Below are positions 1 to 9,786 of a stretch of DNA of 36,231 nucleotides, piece by piece (the first letter of the stretch is position 1; each line of letters starts with the position of its first letter). The translations under genes and the position numbers were made by a program. The notes under the pieces were generated by a model. It made no database searches. It saw nothing but the letters and a program-made list of their open reading frames with translations, and had not been told where the DNA came from. Source of the DNA: an uncultured Myxococcales bacterium (GTDB taxonomy: Bacteria > Myxococcota_A > Bradymonadia > UBA4248); the NCBI GenBank assembly GCA_946415045.1, contig CAMKRB010000003.1, positions 1 to 36,231 of the forward strand, given 5' to 3'.

Positions 1-34
1 TGGCGGTTGCGCCACGTTGTGGCGCGCCAGATTT

Positions 35-97
35 TATTCACTATTCACTATTCACACTTCACGCTTCGCTCTTCGCGCTTCGCTCTTCACTCTTCGC
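35..97. repeat. Tandem heptamer array, 9 units (TATTCAC x3, then NCTTCRC x6)
   Basis: Read directly: tattcac tattcac tattcac acttcac gcttcgc tcttcgc gcttcgc tcttcac tcttcgc; preceded by hairpin GCGCCAC-GTT-GTGGCGC (9-25). Confidence 0.9.
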
Positions 98-113
98 TCC
101 GGACGTAACAACC

Positions 114-1340
114 ATGAAGATCCCCAACCTGCCTGGCCAGACACTGGAATCCGCGTTTGATCGCAGCGATTTCGGCATCTATATCCACGTGCCATTCTGC
201 ATGCGGCGATGCCGGTATTGTGCATTTGTTTCGTCGACCCCCCGGAGTATCCCCGAACAGGCGTATGCGCAAGCAGTGATGAATGAATTCGATCTGCGCT
301 ATCCAAACTATGCGGACCTGAATCTGAAAACGCTGTATTTTGGTGGCGGCACGCCGACCATGCTGTCAGATGCGGCCATAGGCAAAATCGTCGAAACCAT
401 TGCCAACCGATGCGATACCCCTGATGAAATCACGCTCGAAGCCAACCCCGAGCATATCACACAACAACGGTGCGAAAACTGGCGTTCCATTGGATTTACC
501 CGCATTTCGCTGGGTATTCAGTCGTTCGACACGCAGATGCTGCAGTTTCTGGGTCGCCGTCACGACCGGGCACAGGCGCTGGCTGCAATCGATCACCTGC
601 ATACCGCAGGATTTGAAGAAATCAGCATCGATCTGATTTATGGCGGATTGATACCGGACGACAGGTCTGATGCGCAGGCCCTCGCGAGCTGGCGGCACGA
701 TCTCGAAACAGCCGGATCTTGCGCAGCAGCGCACGTGTCGTGTTATGAACTCACGCTGGAACCTCATACGCCGCTGTGGACCAGGCAAAAGCGCGGCCAA
801 AAGGTTTTGTGCGACGAATCGACGATCGCCGAAATGATGACGATGATCCCACAGATTCTGTGCATGACGCGTTACGAAATCTCAAACTACAGCCGCGATG
901 ATTATTATTCTGCACACAATCTGTCCTGCTGGGCCGGTCTTTCCTATCTCGGGCTGGGTGCTGCAGCACACTCGCTGTTTGCGTCCCAAAAGCGATTTAT
1001 GCGAAAAGCGAACACCGCGAATATCAAAGATTATGTATCATCGCTCAACGCCGCGCATCCCACGCTTCCGGATCCCGAGTTTACCGAAGATCTGTCGCCC
1101 CAGACGCATCTGGCCGAGCGCCTGATGTGCGCAGCCAGAACGCGGATTCCATTCAATCCATGCGCGATTGCGTCACAAATCGGGGCCGATATTTCGCCCT
1201 ATCTCGACGGTCTCGAAAAAGCCATGGCGAGCGGGCTCATCGAGCGGCAGCGCAACGGCGCGATGCGCACCACCGAACGCGGGATTCTGCTGAACAACAG
1301 GCTGGACGCGCTGATATTTGAGGGCTGCCCAGACAACTGA
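114..1340 (+). CDS. hemW: Radical SAM heme chaperone HemW (HemN-like)
   Basis: YIHVPFCxxxCxYC radical SAM motif, YFGGGTP, EITLEANP, RISLGIQSF, YEISNY, HNLSCW (variant of HNxxYW), YLGLGAAAHS. Confidence 0.88.
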   Translation: MKIPNLPGQTLESAFDRSDFGIYIHVPFCMRRCRYCAFVSSTPRSIPEQAYAQAVMNEFDLRYPNYADLNLKTLYFGGGTPTMLSDAAIGKIVETIANRCDTPDEITLEANPEHITQQRCENWRSIGFTRISLGIQSFDTQMLQFLGRRHDRAQALAAIDHLHTAGFEEISIDLIYGGLIPDDRSDAQALASWRHDLETAGSCAAAHVSCYELTLEPHTPLWTRQKRGQKVLCDESTIAEMMTMIPQILCMTRYEISNYSRDDYYSAHNLSCWAGLSYLGLGAAAHSLFASQKRFMRKANTANIKDYVSSLNAAHPTLPDPEFTEDLSPQTHLAERLMCAARTRIPFNPCAIASQIGADISPYLDGLEKAMASGLIERQRNGAMRTTERGILLNNRLDALIFEGCPDN

Positions 1341-1549
1341 ATCACCGGTGCGCCGCAGATACATCATGCACAGGCGATCGCCAAAGTCGGCCTAAAACCT
1401 ACACCAAAGCCCCCCCATCCGATCAAATTGATCAAAAAAAGATACGATATTTGACAATTCACGGCCTTTGGGGTTATTTCTTAAGACGGCATATTGAACG
1501 GACGGAACATATCCGTTTTGGCACTTTTTCCGATTCACAGGGTAGATTC

Positions 1550-2146
1550 ATGTCATTCTTTAATTATACGACAAAGGAAATCGTTCTTAAGATTGTGTAT
1601 TACGGACCGGGACTTTGCGGCAAGACGACCAACGTCAAGCATATCTTTTCGGCGACGAACGACGAAACGCGCGGCAAGCTCATCAGCCTCGAAACGCAGC
1701 AGGAACGAACGCTCTATTTCGACTTTTTGCCGATTGAACTGCCCGAAATCCGCGGATTCAAGACACGTCTGCATTTGTACACCGTCCCTGGTCAGCTGTT
1801 CTATTCCAACAGCCGCCGCCTCATCATGAAAGGTGCCGACGGTGTCGTATTTGTGGCCGACAGCCAGGCCGATCGTCTGGAAGCCAACCTGATTTCGATG
1901 GACGATCTCCTCGACAATCTCGAGGCCTACGGCTATGACGTCGAAAAAATCCCGTTTGTCATCCAGTACAACAAACGCGATCTTCCCAGTGCCCTGCCAG
2001 TCGATACGCTGCGCAGCGAGCTCAACCGCTGGTACCCGAAAGTGCCGGATTTCGAGGCAGTTGCTTCAAATGGCACAGGCGTATTCGAATGCCTCAAGAC
2101 GGTCACCAAGATGATCCTCATCGACCTCAAAAAAACCGGAAAATAA
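1550..2146 (+). CDS. mglA: Small Ras-like GTPase MglA (polarity/gliding motility)
   Basis: MSFFNYTTKEIVLKIVYYGPGLCGKTTN, RTLYFDFLP, HLYTVPGQ, DGVVFVADSQ and QYNKRDLP closely follow Myxococcus MglA. ATG 1550 chosen because it matches the family N-terminus. Confidence 0.95.
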   Translation: MSFFNYTTKEIVLKIVYYGPGLCGKTTNVKHIFSATNDETRGKLISLETQQERTLYFDFLPIELPEIRGFKTRLHLYTVPGQLFYSNSRRLIMKGADGVVFVADSQADRLEANLISMDDLLDNLEAYGYDVEKIPFVIQYNKRDLPSALPVDTLRSELNRWYPKVPDFEAVASNGTGVFECLKTVTKMILIDLKKTGK

Positions 2147-2167
2147 CGGATATCAAGTATTTAACGA

Positions 2168-2201
2168 AGCCTGCGGCCAATGGCATGCAGGCTTTTTTTT
2201 T
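2168..2201 (+). terminator. Intrinsic terminator after mglA
   Basis: AGCCTGC...GCAGGCT stem followed by a long T run. Confidence 0.75.
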
Positions 2202-2278
2202 AAGTGCGCGTGCTATCGGGCAAGCCCGATACGCACGACGCGCCGCGCTATTGCATACGCGCGGCCACATCTGCCGAT

Positions 2279-3073
2279 ATGAAAACACACCAACAACCCC
2301 GAATCTGGAACATCACCCAGTCGGATATTTTATGGGAAGACGACTATCTGGTCGCCGTGAACAAACCTGCGGGCATCCCAAGCCAGCCCACGCCCGATCG
2401 CTCGCGGGACAACTGCTACGATGCAGTCATCCGCTATTTGCAGCAGCAAAGGGGAAATAATGCTTACGCAGGCCTGCATCACCGCCTGGACGTGCTCACG
2501 TCGGGCGTCATCGTGCTGACCAAATCTCCCGAAGCCAATCGCGGCATGGCCGCGCAGTTCCAGTCGCACACGATTCAAAAAGTCTATTGCGCCATCTGTA
2601 TTTCCGCGCTGCAGCCAGTGTTGCAGGATAACATCGCACCCGCCGATCCATTTTCGGGTGAGCCATTCGAAATCCGCGCCCCCATTGGTGAAGTGCCCGA
2701 TCAGAAAATCCAGAAATTCTGCATCGGCGGCAAGCACCGAAAACCCGCAGATACAGAATTTGTTTGCGAGGATCACATGAGACTGAGGGACGGGCATTTG
2801 TCGGTGTTCAGTTGCAAGCCGCACACGGGCCGAACGCATCAAATCCGCGTGCATCTGTCGTCTATTGGTCTGCCCATTGCGGGCGATCCGCTGTACGGCA
2901 TGCCGCTGCTTCGCAGCCTGCGCAGCATCGATCCCCAGCGCATGTGCCTGCATGCCGAATCGATCGCGTTTGAGCACCCCATCTCGCACGAAATGCTGAC
3001 GATAACCGCGCCGCAGCCAAAGGGATTTCGCGAGTTTGTCGAAAAAGCCCGCCGATTGTCCCAAACTTTGTAA
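2279..3073 (+). CDS. RluA/RluD-family pseudouridine synthase
   Basis: VAVNKPAG, catalytic HRLD, GRTHQIRVH, PIAGDPLYG, LHA. ATG 2279 preferred over GTG 2204. Confidence 0.92.
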   Translation: MKTHQQPRIWNITQSDILWEDDYLVAVNKPAGIPSQPTPDRSRDNCYDAVIRYLQQQRGNNAYAGLHHRLDVLTSGVIVLTKSPEANRGMAAQFQSHTIQKVYCAICISALQPVLQDNIAPADPFSGEPFEIRAPIGEVPDQKIQKFCIGGKHRKPADTEFVCEDHMRLRDGHLSVFSCKPHTGRTHQIRVHLSSIGLPIAGDPLYGMPLLRSLRSIDPQRMCLHAESIAFEHPISHEMLTITAPQPKGFREFVEKARRLSQTL

Positions 3074-3118
3074 AGACGTTCCATGACAATCTTTGTAAAG
3101 ACGTTCCATGGAACGTCT
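3066..3118. repeat. REP-like palindrome with 20-bp direct duplication
   Basis: CTTTGTAAAGACGTTCCATG at 3066-3085 and 3091-3110; perfect palindrome AGACGTTCCATGGAACGTCT at 3099-3118. Confidence 0.85.
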
Positions 3119-3144
3119 CTCCGAGTCACCGGAGATCATCCAAT

Positions 3145-3228
3145 GCGGCGTATTGGCGCAGCCAATAGCCGCAGGGGGCAGCGGCGTATTGGCGCAGCCA
3201 ATAGCCGCGCAGGGGGCGGTGCCCCCTG
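3145..3228. repeat. Two identical 28-bp bulged hairpins plus a GGGGGC/GCCCCC hairpin
   Basis: GCGGCGTATTGGCGCAGCCAATAGCCGC at 3145-3172 and 3181-3208, then CAGGGGGC-GGT-GCCCCCTG. Confidence 0.88.
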
Positions 3229-3370
3229 AATGCAACAAACCCGATTTACGGTTGACCTGTTCACCTATATCTGATAATAGCGTGCGACGTTTTTTGTCGC
3301 AAAACGGCCAAATATGAGAATGATTGCCGTTATTTGCTTTTAACCACAGTATTTGAGTGAGTTTCCCGAT

Positions 3371-3676
3371 ATGGACGCATTGGGTGGATTTCTTCCACTG
3401 ATTATTATCATTGTCGTGTTTTATTTCCTGATGATTTTGCCCCAGCAGAAGCAGGCAAAGAAGCGCAAAGAAATGCTCGATGCGCTGGTGCCGGGGAACA
3501 AAATCGAGACGGTCAGCCGCGTGTTTGGCACCATCACAAATGTTGAAGGTGAAATGCTGACGATTCAAATCGGCGTAAACGACGCGACAAAGATCAAGAT
3601 TCATCGCGAGGGTGTAGCGCGCGTCGTGACCGAAGCCGAGCTTTCGGGTGCCGCAAACAAGGAAATTGCCAAATAA
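3371..3676 (+). CDS. yajC: Preprotein translocase subunit YajC
   Basis: N-terminal TM segment ending FYFLMILPQQKQAK, then L.PGNKIET..VFGTI; lies directly before secD/secF. Start uncertain (3353 TTG or 3371 ATG). Confidence 0.93.
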   Translation: MDALGGFLPLIIIIVVFYFLMILPQQKQAKKRKEMLDALVPGNKIETVSRVFGTITNVEGEMLTIQIGVNDATKIKIHREGVARVVTEAELSGAANKEIAK

Positions 3677-3754
3677 TTGTCCGTTGGAAACCAGAGATTT
3701 ACCAGAATTAACCAATAACCGCACCAGATGTGGTGTAGAAAAAGAGGTGTCGCG

Positions 3755-5635
3755 ATGTCGCGAAGTTGGTGGTTACGAACTGCCCTTTTATTCTTTTTGA
3801 TACTGGCATCCTGCTATATTTTGATGCCAACAGTCGTAGAAATGATGCTGTATCCGGAGGTCACGGACGAGATGGCCGACGATTTGAACGACGAAGAAGC
3901 CGTTCGAAATCCGCCGCTTCCCGATTGGTATAATGCGATTCCCAAATCGCTGAAACCAAACACGCTGTCGCTTGGTCTCGACCTGCAGGGCGGATTGATG
4001 ATGCGTTATCGCGTCGATATCGACACAGCCATCGACGACAAGCTGGCCTCGAATGCGGCGAACATGCGAAGCGCACTGGCCGAGAACGGCAAAGTGGTCG
4101 ATTACAAAGTCGATCGTCCGCAGAATCAGATTTATCTGACATTTGCCGATGCTGCCGATACAAGTGTGCTGACCGAAGAATTCATGCGCGATTATCCGAT
4201 TCTTACGGTTGCCAAAACAGACGGTGCCCAGGTCACCCTGGCGCTGCGCGAGAACTACTTTAACGAGCAGGAAGAATCGGCGGTGCAGCAGGCGGTTGAA
4301 ATCGTCCGCGAACGTATCGATGGTCTTGGCGTTGCCCAGCCGACGGTGCGCATTGAAAACGGCCGCAATATTGCAGTTGAACTGCCAGGTTTGTCGCGCA
4401 AGGGCGTCGAACGCGCCGAAAAGCTGATTTCGACAACCGCCGTATTGTCATTCAAGCTCGTGGCCGACAAAAACGAGGCGCTGACTACATTCAGACAGCT
4501 CGCGCAGGGGCTCACCAAAGAGAACCAGATTTATATCTCGGGCAACTCGCTGCGTGCAGACGATGTGATGAAAGGCAAACGCATTGAAACGAGCGGCAAA
4601 GATATTTTGAAAGCCTACGTGCAGCTGCATGAGAACGAGATTCCAAGCGGTCGCGAAGTCGTTTTTGAAAAAGTGGATTTGCGCGAGCGCAAGATGGAAG
4701 TCGCCGAAGACGTCGATCCTGCAACGCTTCCGACGAGCTGGCGTATGCGTTTGGTGCACACCAACATCATGGAAGGCTCGAATCAGACGCTCGGCGGTGA
4801 AAACGTGGAAACCGCCTATCCTGCAAGCAATCCCGACACCGGAATGCCTTATGTTGCATTAAAGCTCGACCGCACCGGCGGCGATTTGTTCTATGAAGTC
4901 ACCAAAAAGCATGTCGGTGATCAGCTGGCCATTCTGATGGACGATCAGCTGGTAAGCGATCCTGTGATCCGCAGCGAAATCCCCGGCGGAAACGTCTCCA
5001 TCGAAATGGGCCGCGGCAATCGTCAGGAAACCATGAACGAAGTCAACAATCTGGTTGTCTCGCTGCGTTCGGGTTCGCTGCCTGCCCCAATCCGCCAGGA
5101 GTTCAAAACCCTGGTCGGCCCGTCACTGGGTATGGACTCGATTGTTAAAGGTATGGAAGCACTCGCATGGGGCTTTGCGCTCGTATTCTTCGGCATGATT
5201 CTGTACTACAAACAGTCCGGTTTGATTGCATCGTTCGCTCTGTTGATAAACATTCTGTTCATCATGGCTGGTATGGCTTCGATGGGCGCTTCGCTCACCA
5301 TGCCTGGTATTGCCGGTATCGTGCTCACCGTCGGTATGTCGGTCGATGCCAACGTCATCGTATTTGAGCGTATCCGCGAAGAGCTGCGGTCGAACGAAAC
5401 GCCGCGCAAAGCCATCATCATTGGTTACGAAAAGGCATTGTGGACGATTCTGGATTCGAACATCACAACGGCCATTGCCGCAGTTGTGCTCATGAATTTT
5501 GGTTCCGGCCCTGTGAAGGGATTCGCAGTTACCCTGCTGCTCGGTATTATCAGCACGGTCTATGCTGCTTTCTTTGTCACGAAAACGATCTTTGAACTCA
5601 AGGTTCGTCTGAACAGCGAAAAGCTGTCGATATAG
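3755..5635 (+). CDS. secD: Protein translocase subunit SecD
   Basis: LGLDLQGG, RERIDGLGV, LRSGSLPAP, VGPSLG, LTMPGIAGIVLTVGMSVDANVIVFERIREE, ILDSNITT; GAGGT RBS before ATG 3755. Confidence 0.97.
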   Translation: MSRSWWLRTALLFFLILASCYILMPTVVEMMLYPEVTDEMADDLNDEEAVRNPPLPDWYNAIPKSLKPNTLSLGLDLQGGLMMRYRVDIDTAIDDKLASNAANMRSALAENGKVVDYKVDRPQNQIYLTFADAADTSVLTEEFMRDYPILTVAKTDGAQVTLALRENYFNEQEESAVQQAVEIVRERIDGLGVAQPTVRIENGRNIAVELPGLSRKGVERAEKLISTTAVLSFKLVADKNEALTTFRQLAQGLTKENQIYISGNSLRADDVMKGKRIETSGKDILKAYVQLHENEIPSGREVVFEKVDLRERKMEVAEDVDPATLPTSWRMRLVHTNIMEGSNQTLGGENVETAYPASNPDTGMPYVALKLDRTGGDLFYEVTKKHVGDQLAILMDDQLVSDPVIRSEIPGGNVSIEMGRGNRQETMNEVNNLVVSLRSGSLPAPIRQEFKTLVGPSLGMDSIVKGMEALAWGFALVFFGMILYYKQSGLIASFALLINILFIMAGMASMGASLTMPGIAGIVLTVGMSVDANVIVFERIREELRSNETPRKAIIIGYEKALWTILDSNITTAIAAVVLMNFGSGPVKGFAVTLLLGIISTVYAAFFVTKTIFELKVRLNSEKLSI

Positions 5636-5650
5636 GCGGGGGGCTTCATT

Positions 5651-6913
5651 ATGGCTATTTTTTCAATCATCAAACCCAATACCAACATCCCGTTTATTCC
5701 GGCCCACAAGCCCATTCTGACGACGCTTGTATTTCTTGCGATTGCCAGTGTTTTAATGATTCTGCTGCCGGTTGAGGGCACCAATCCGAACTGGGGCACG
5801 AGTTTCCAGGGGGGAACATCGATTACAGTGCATTTCGATCAGCCCGTAGCCACCGAAGAAGTGCGAGCCGCATTCGTCGAAGATGCGCGATTTGAGAGCG
5901 TCTCGGTGCAGAGTGTCGGTTCCGAAGAAAGCTCAAGCTATGTGGTGCGCACGCGCACGACAACGACTTTGGGATGCACCAAGTTAGCCGATGTGCGCAT
6001 TGCGATGGATAAAGCCATCGAAGCCCAGACGGGCGGCAATCTGGTCATTGGCCAGTGGCCATCGTGTGACAGCAGCACAGATGAAGGAATCCGTGGTGAT
6101 TTCTTCGTTTCGCTCATTGCCCCGGAAGGCAAAACCGCTCCCGAAACGCCCATTGCTGCCGAAACAATCAGCAACATGCTGAAATCTGCCGATCTCGAAT
6201 CGGTCGTTTCTTACGACGAGAAATCCCAGCGTTATCTGGTCAATCCTACCGGCGTACAAAAAGACGTCCAGGATCTGCTTTCCCGCGTCTTTGGCGAGAA
6301 ATTTAACGCCCATACCGGTATCGACAGCATCACCATGGTAGGCGCCGATGTTGGCGAGAAGTTCCGAACCGATGCCATTGTCAGTATTTTTCTGGCCCTG
6401 GGCCTGATGCTGCTCTATATCGGCATTCGTTTCGATACGCGTTATGCACCTTCAGCTGTTATTTCGCTGACAGTCACCACGCTGATTACGTTTGGATTTG
6501 TGGTGATCACCCAGATTGAGATCACGCTTGAGGTTGTCGCGGCATTCCTGAGTCTGGTCGGTTACGGTATCAACGATACGATCGTGACCTTCGACCGCGT
6601 GAGAGAAAACGTGGCACTTGCCGAGCCCGACAAGAAATTCCCGGGCATCGTGAACAAAGCCATCAACGAATGTTTAACGCGAACCATCATCACGAGTATC
6701 ACGACATTGATGGCCATCATCCCGATGGCAATCATCGCGACCGGAACGACACGCGATTTCGCCATTATCATGACATTCGGCATCTGCCTGGCAACATTCA
6801 ATTCGATGTTTGTTTCATGCCCGTTTTTGATTTACTTTGACGGCTGGTTTAAAAACATGCAGAAGCGCAATGAAGCGCGCAAAGCGGTCGAAGACATTCC
6901 GGCAGAAATCTAG
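5651..6913 (+). CDS. secF: Protein translocase subunit SecF
   Basis: NWGTSFQGGT, VGYGINDTIVTFDRVRE, RTIITSITT; follows secD. Confidence 0.96.
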   Translation: MAIFSIIKPNTNIPFIPAHKPILTTLVFLAIASVLMILLPVEGTNPNWGTSFQGGTSITVHFDQPVATEEVRAAFVEDARFESVSVQSVGSEESSSYVVRTRTTTTLGCTKLADVRIAMDKAIEAQTGGNLVIGQWPSCDSSTDEGIRGDFFVSLIAPEGKTAPETPIAAETISNMLKSADLESVVSYDEKSQRYLVNPTGVQKDVQDLLSRVFGEKFNAHTGIDSITMVGADVGEKFRTDAIVSIFLALGLMLLYIGIRFDTRYAPSAVISLTVTTLITFGFVVITQIEITLEVVAAFLSLVGYGINDTIVTFDRVRENVALAEPDKKFPGIVNKAINECLTRTIITSITTLMAIIPMAIIATGTTRDFAIIMTFGICLATFNSMFVSCPFLIYFDGWFKNMQKRNEARKAVEDIPAEI

Positions 6914-7020
6914 TGAACTGATTATTTGTTCTATTTGCGCCCGAACCGCTGTATAACGGTATCGGGCGCAATTTGTTTGTACCCATATATTCCACCCCCA
7001 TCCAATCCGGCAGAAATTAC

Positions 7021-8769
7021 ATGAGTGATGGCGTTTCAAATAACAAATCCGATATCAAGTATTGGAATTTAAAGGAACTGGACAACGAGATTGTCGATTC
7101 GCTGGCAAGCGATCTGAATGAGACCCAGCTTCTGACGAGCGTGCTGTATAACCGGGGTATTCGCAACCAGGCCCAGGCCGAGCAGTTTCTGCATCCGTCG
7201 CTCGATGACCTTGAAGATTCATGGATTCTTAAGAATATGAAGGCGGTCGTCGACCGCTGTTTAAAAGCATTTACCGAGCAGGAATCGATACTGATATTTG
7301 GTGACAACGACGTGGATGGTGTCACATCGACGACGCTGGTGTACCAGTTTTTTACATATATTGGCGGCAAGGTACGCTATTTTTTGCCGCGCCGCAAAGA
7401 GGACGGCCACGGATTTAACGAGGAAACGCTCACAGCCGCGCTGTCCGGCGGCAAGCCGAATCTCCTCATCACCGTCGATTGCGGCATGAGTGGTTTTAAG
7501 GAAGTCGAGCATCTGAAAGAGATGGGCATTGATGTGATTATTGTGGATCATCATGCGCCCCCCGAACAGATTCCCGATACGCTGATACTCAACCCCAAAC
7601 AACCCGATGAGCCGTTCAGATACAAGGATTTGGCGGCAGTTGGCGTGACGTTTCATCTGGTCGATGCGTTGATACAGGAAGCACAGAAGCGCCATCTGTA
7701 TGCGGATTTGGGATTGCAGCCACCGGAACTGATGGACATGCTCGATTTGGTATGTCTGGGAACCATCGCCGATGTCGTGCCATTGCTCGGTGAGAACCGG
7801 ATGTTTGTATCGGTCGGCCTGGATGTTATTCGCAAGCGCAAGCGCAGTGGAATCGCGGCATTGCTGAGCGACGTGGGTGCGGATGAGCACTACATCACCG
7901 AACGCACGATTTGCTACCGTCTGGCACCGCGCATCAATGCAGCAGGACGCGTCGGAGATCCAAACGAATGCGTCGAGCTGCTCACAGCCTATCGCTATAC
8001 GGCGGCACAAAAAATTGCGCAAAGTCTGGAGAACTACAATCACCTGCGCCAGAATGTCGAAGCGGCCATGATTAATGAAGCCACAGCCATGGCGCAGCAG
8101 CAGGTGCTCGAAGGCCGCAAGATAATCGTGATTGCCAAGGAGAACTGGCAGCAGGGTATTTTGGGCATCATTTCAAGCCGCATTCTGGATAAATTCTACA
8201 AGCCGGCGGTTGTGATCGCCATTGAAGACGGCAAAGGGCGCGGTTCTGCGCGCAGTCCCGAAGGATTCAGTATTCTGGATGCATTTACGAGCTGCAAGGA
8301 TTTGCTCGATGATTTTGGCGGTCATCACAGCGCCGCAGGACTGAACATCAAAGCTGAACACATTCCGGAGCTGCAGACACGTCTGGAGAAGTTTGCGCGC
8401 ATCACGATGTCGAATACTTCAACCCCGAAACGCAGCCTTGATATCGACGCCGAAGCCACGATCGTGCAACTGCTCAAACTGTGGCAGAATCGCTATCTGG
8501 AACAGCTCGGGCCGTTTGGTGCCTATAACAAAGAGCCCACATTTCTTGTGCGAAACGTGCGCATCGTACTCGTCAAGCGTCTCAATCACGTCTATGCCCG
8601 TGTCAAAATGCGCCAGAACAATTCGGCGATGAGCGTACTCGTGCCCACGGCGATGGCAGGCGAAATTCTGCAGGGCAACGACTATGATATCGTGATCACG
8701 CCGAAATATGCGCCGCTCAAGGACATTCCTGAGTTTATTGTTCTCTCGGCCCGTGCGCCGGAGGCTTAG
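7021..8769 (+). CDS. recJ: ssDNA-specific exonuclease RecJ (DHH/DHHA1)
   Basis: GDNDVDG, ITVDCG, VDHH, GTIADVVPL.GENR, PRINAAGR, GRGSARS, FGGH..AAG, PFG.YN.EP.F. Confidence 0.95.
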   Translation: MSDGVSNNKSDIKYWNLKELDNEIVDSLASDLNETQLLTSVLYNRGIRNQAQAEQFLHPSLDDLEDSWILKNMKAVVDRCLKAFTEQESILIFGDNDVDGVTSTTLVYQFFTYIGGKVRYFLPRRKEDGHGFNEETLTAALSGGKPNLLITVDCGMSGFKEVEHLKEMGIDVIIVDHHAPPEQIPDTLILNPKQPDEPFRYKDLAAVGVTFHLVDALIQEAQKRHLYADLGLQPPELMDMLDLVCLGTIADVVPLLGENRMFVSVGLDVIRKRKRSGIAALLSDVGADEHYITERTICYRLAPRINAAGRVGDPNECVELLTAYRYTAAQKIAQSLENYNHLRQNVEAAMINEATAMAQQQVLEGRKIIVIAKENWQQGILGIISSRILDKFYKPAVVIAIEDGKGRGSARSPEGFSILDAFTSCKDLLDDFGGHHSAAGLNIKAEHIPELQTRLEKFARITMSNTSTPKRSLDIDAEATIVQLLKLWQNRYLEQLGPFGAYNKEPTFLVRNVRIVLVKRLNHVYARVKMRQNNSAMSVLVPTAMAGEILQGNDYDIVITPKYAPLKDIPEFIVLSARAPEA

Positions 8770-8774
8770 GTCTT

Positions 8775-9056
8775 ATGAGAAAACGCGCACAATACAAAAA
8801 GCCAAAGCCAGCCAGCAAAATCCCGACATTGATCATTATGATCCTCACGCTGTGTGTGATCATTTTCTTCGGACGGGATATCAGTTCAAAAGTCGCGGCA
8901 TTATTCGAACCCAATGTGCCGGTTTCAGATAGTCCCGAAAATCTGCATCCAGCCGATTTGCCTGCATCACGACAAACAGGAAGTGTCGTCAAACGCGCCT
9001 ACACCGATGCTGCGCAGTCGCTGCTTCCCATCATTTCCAGAGGTACCGCCGAATGA
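8775..9056 (+). CDS. Small single-pass membrane protein, unknown function
   Basis: Basic N-terminus then hydrophobic IPTLIIMILTLCVIIFF; fills the recJ-trmB gap, with an ATGA overlap into trmB. Confidence 0.7.
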   Translation: MRKRAQYKKPKPASKIPTLIIMILTLCVIIFFGRDISSKVAALFEPNVPVSDSPENLHPADLPASRQTGSVVKRAYTDAAQSLLPIISRGTAE

Positions 9057-9781
9057 CCCCGATGAACCCCAATTGGACAGAGTTGAAAAAACAACCCTTT
9101 GGCCCTTATGTTCCCGACGAAGTACTGCAATACCGTTCGGATGAAGTCGAAGAAATATTAAAGTGGTCGGCACAGAACCCGATACCGCTTCCAGCCGAAG
9201 TGGAAATCGGCTCAAACCGTGGCTGTTTTTTGCTCGGTCTGGCGCGGGGACGACGCGATGTTTCATTTTTGGGTGTCGAGCTCAAATCGGCTTTATGCCG
9301 CGTTTCGGCCAACAAACTTGCCCGCGAGGGCCTCGACAACGGCCATGTGATCCATGCAGATGCCAAACTGGCCATCCCCATTTTGTTCCAGCCGGGAACG
9401 CTGAGCGCCATCTATGTGCTGTTTCCCGATCCCTGGTGGAAACGCAGGCATGCCAGACGCCGCCTGCTCGATGACGGCTTTTTTGAAATGGCGCATATCT
9501 TCCTGAAACCCGGCGGCTGTTTCGTTCTCAAAACCGACGTGCTCGATTACTTCGAGGCCGTTGATGAGTATCTGCAAGCCAATCCATGTTTTGAACGCAT
9601 CGATATTGCCGATGTCCCCGGTTCTGAGACGTGGACGCATTCCACGCGCGAACGACACTGTCTGGAAGACAATGTGCCCTATAAATCGCTTGCGATTCGC
9701 AATCTGGCAACTGATGCGGCGTCACAGGTCAAAACGACCCTGACCGAGAAAAAGCTCATCAAACACAATTACCGAATGTAG
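9053..9781 (+). CDS. trmB: tRNA (guanine-N7)-methyltransferase TrmB
   Basis: VEIGSNRG SAM-binding motif, FLGVE, FPDPWWKRRH.RRRL, LKPGG...LKTD. Confidence 0.93.
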   Translation: MTPMNPNWTELKKQPFGPYVPDEVLQYRSDEVEEILKWSAQNPIPLPAEVEIGSNRGCFLLGLARGRRDVSFLGVELKSALCRVSANKLAREGLDNGHVIHADAKLAIPILFQPGTLSAIYVLFPDPWWKRRHARRRLLDDGFFEMAHIFLKPGGCFVLKTDVLDYFEAVDEYLQANPCFERIDIADVPGSETWTHSTRERHCLEDNVPYKSLAIRNLATDAASQVKTTLTEKKLIKHNYRM

Positions 9782-9786
9782 TTATT

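Noticed and set aside
1519-1534. Sigma54 promoter before mglA (TGGCAC)
   Set aside because: The -12 position reads GA rather than GC, and the site is too close to the start codon.
3066-3208. Mini-CRISPR from the 20-bp and 28-bp direct repeats
   Set aside because: Only two copies each, with 5-bp and 8-bp gaps; better explained as REP-like duplications.
2330-3724. 464-aa minus-strand ORF and other long antisense ORFs (e.g. 7261-8043, 34752-35633)
   Set aside because: Shadows of well-supported + strand genes; no recognisable motifs.
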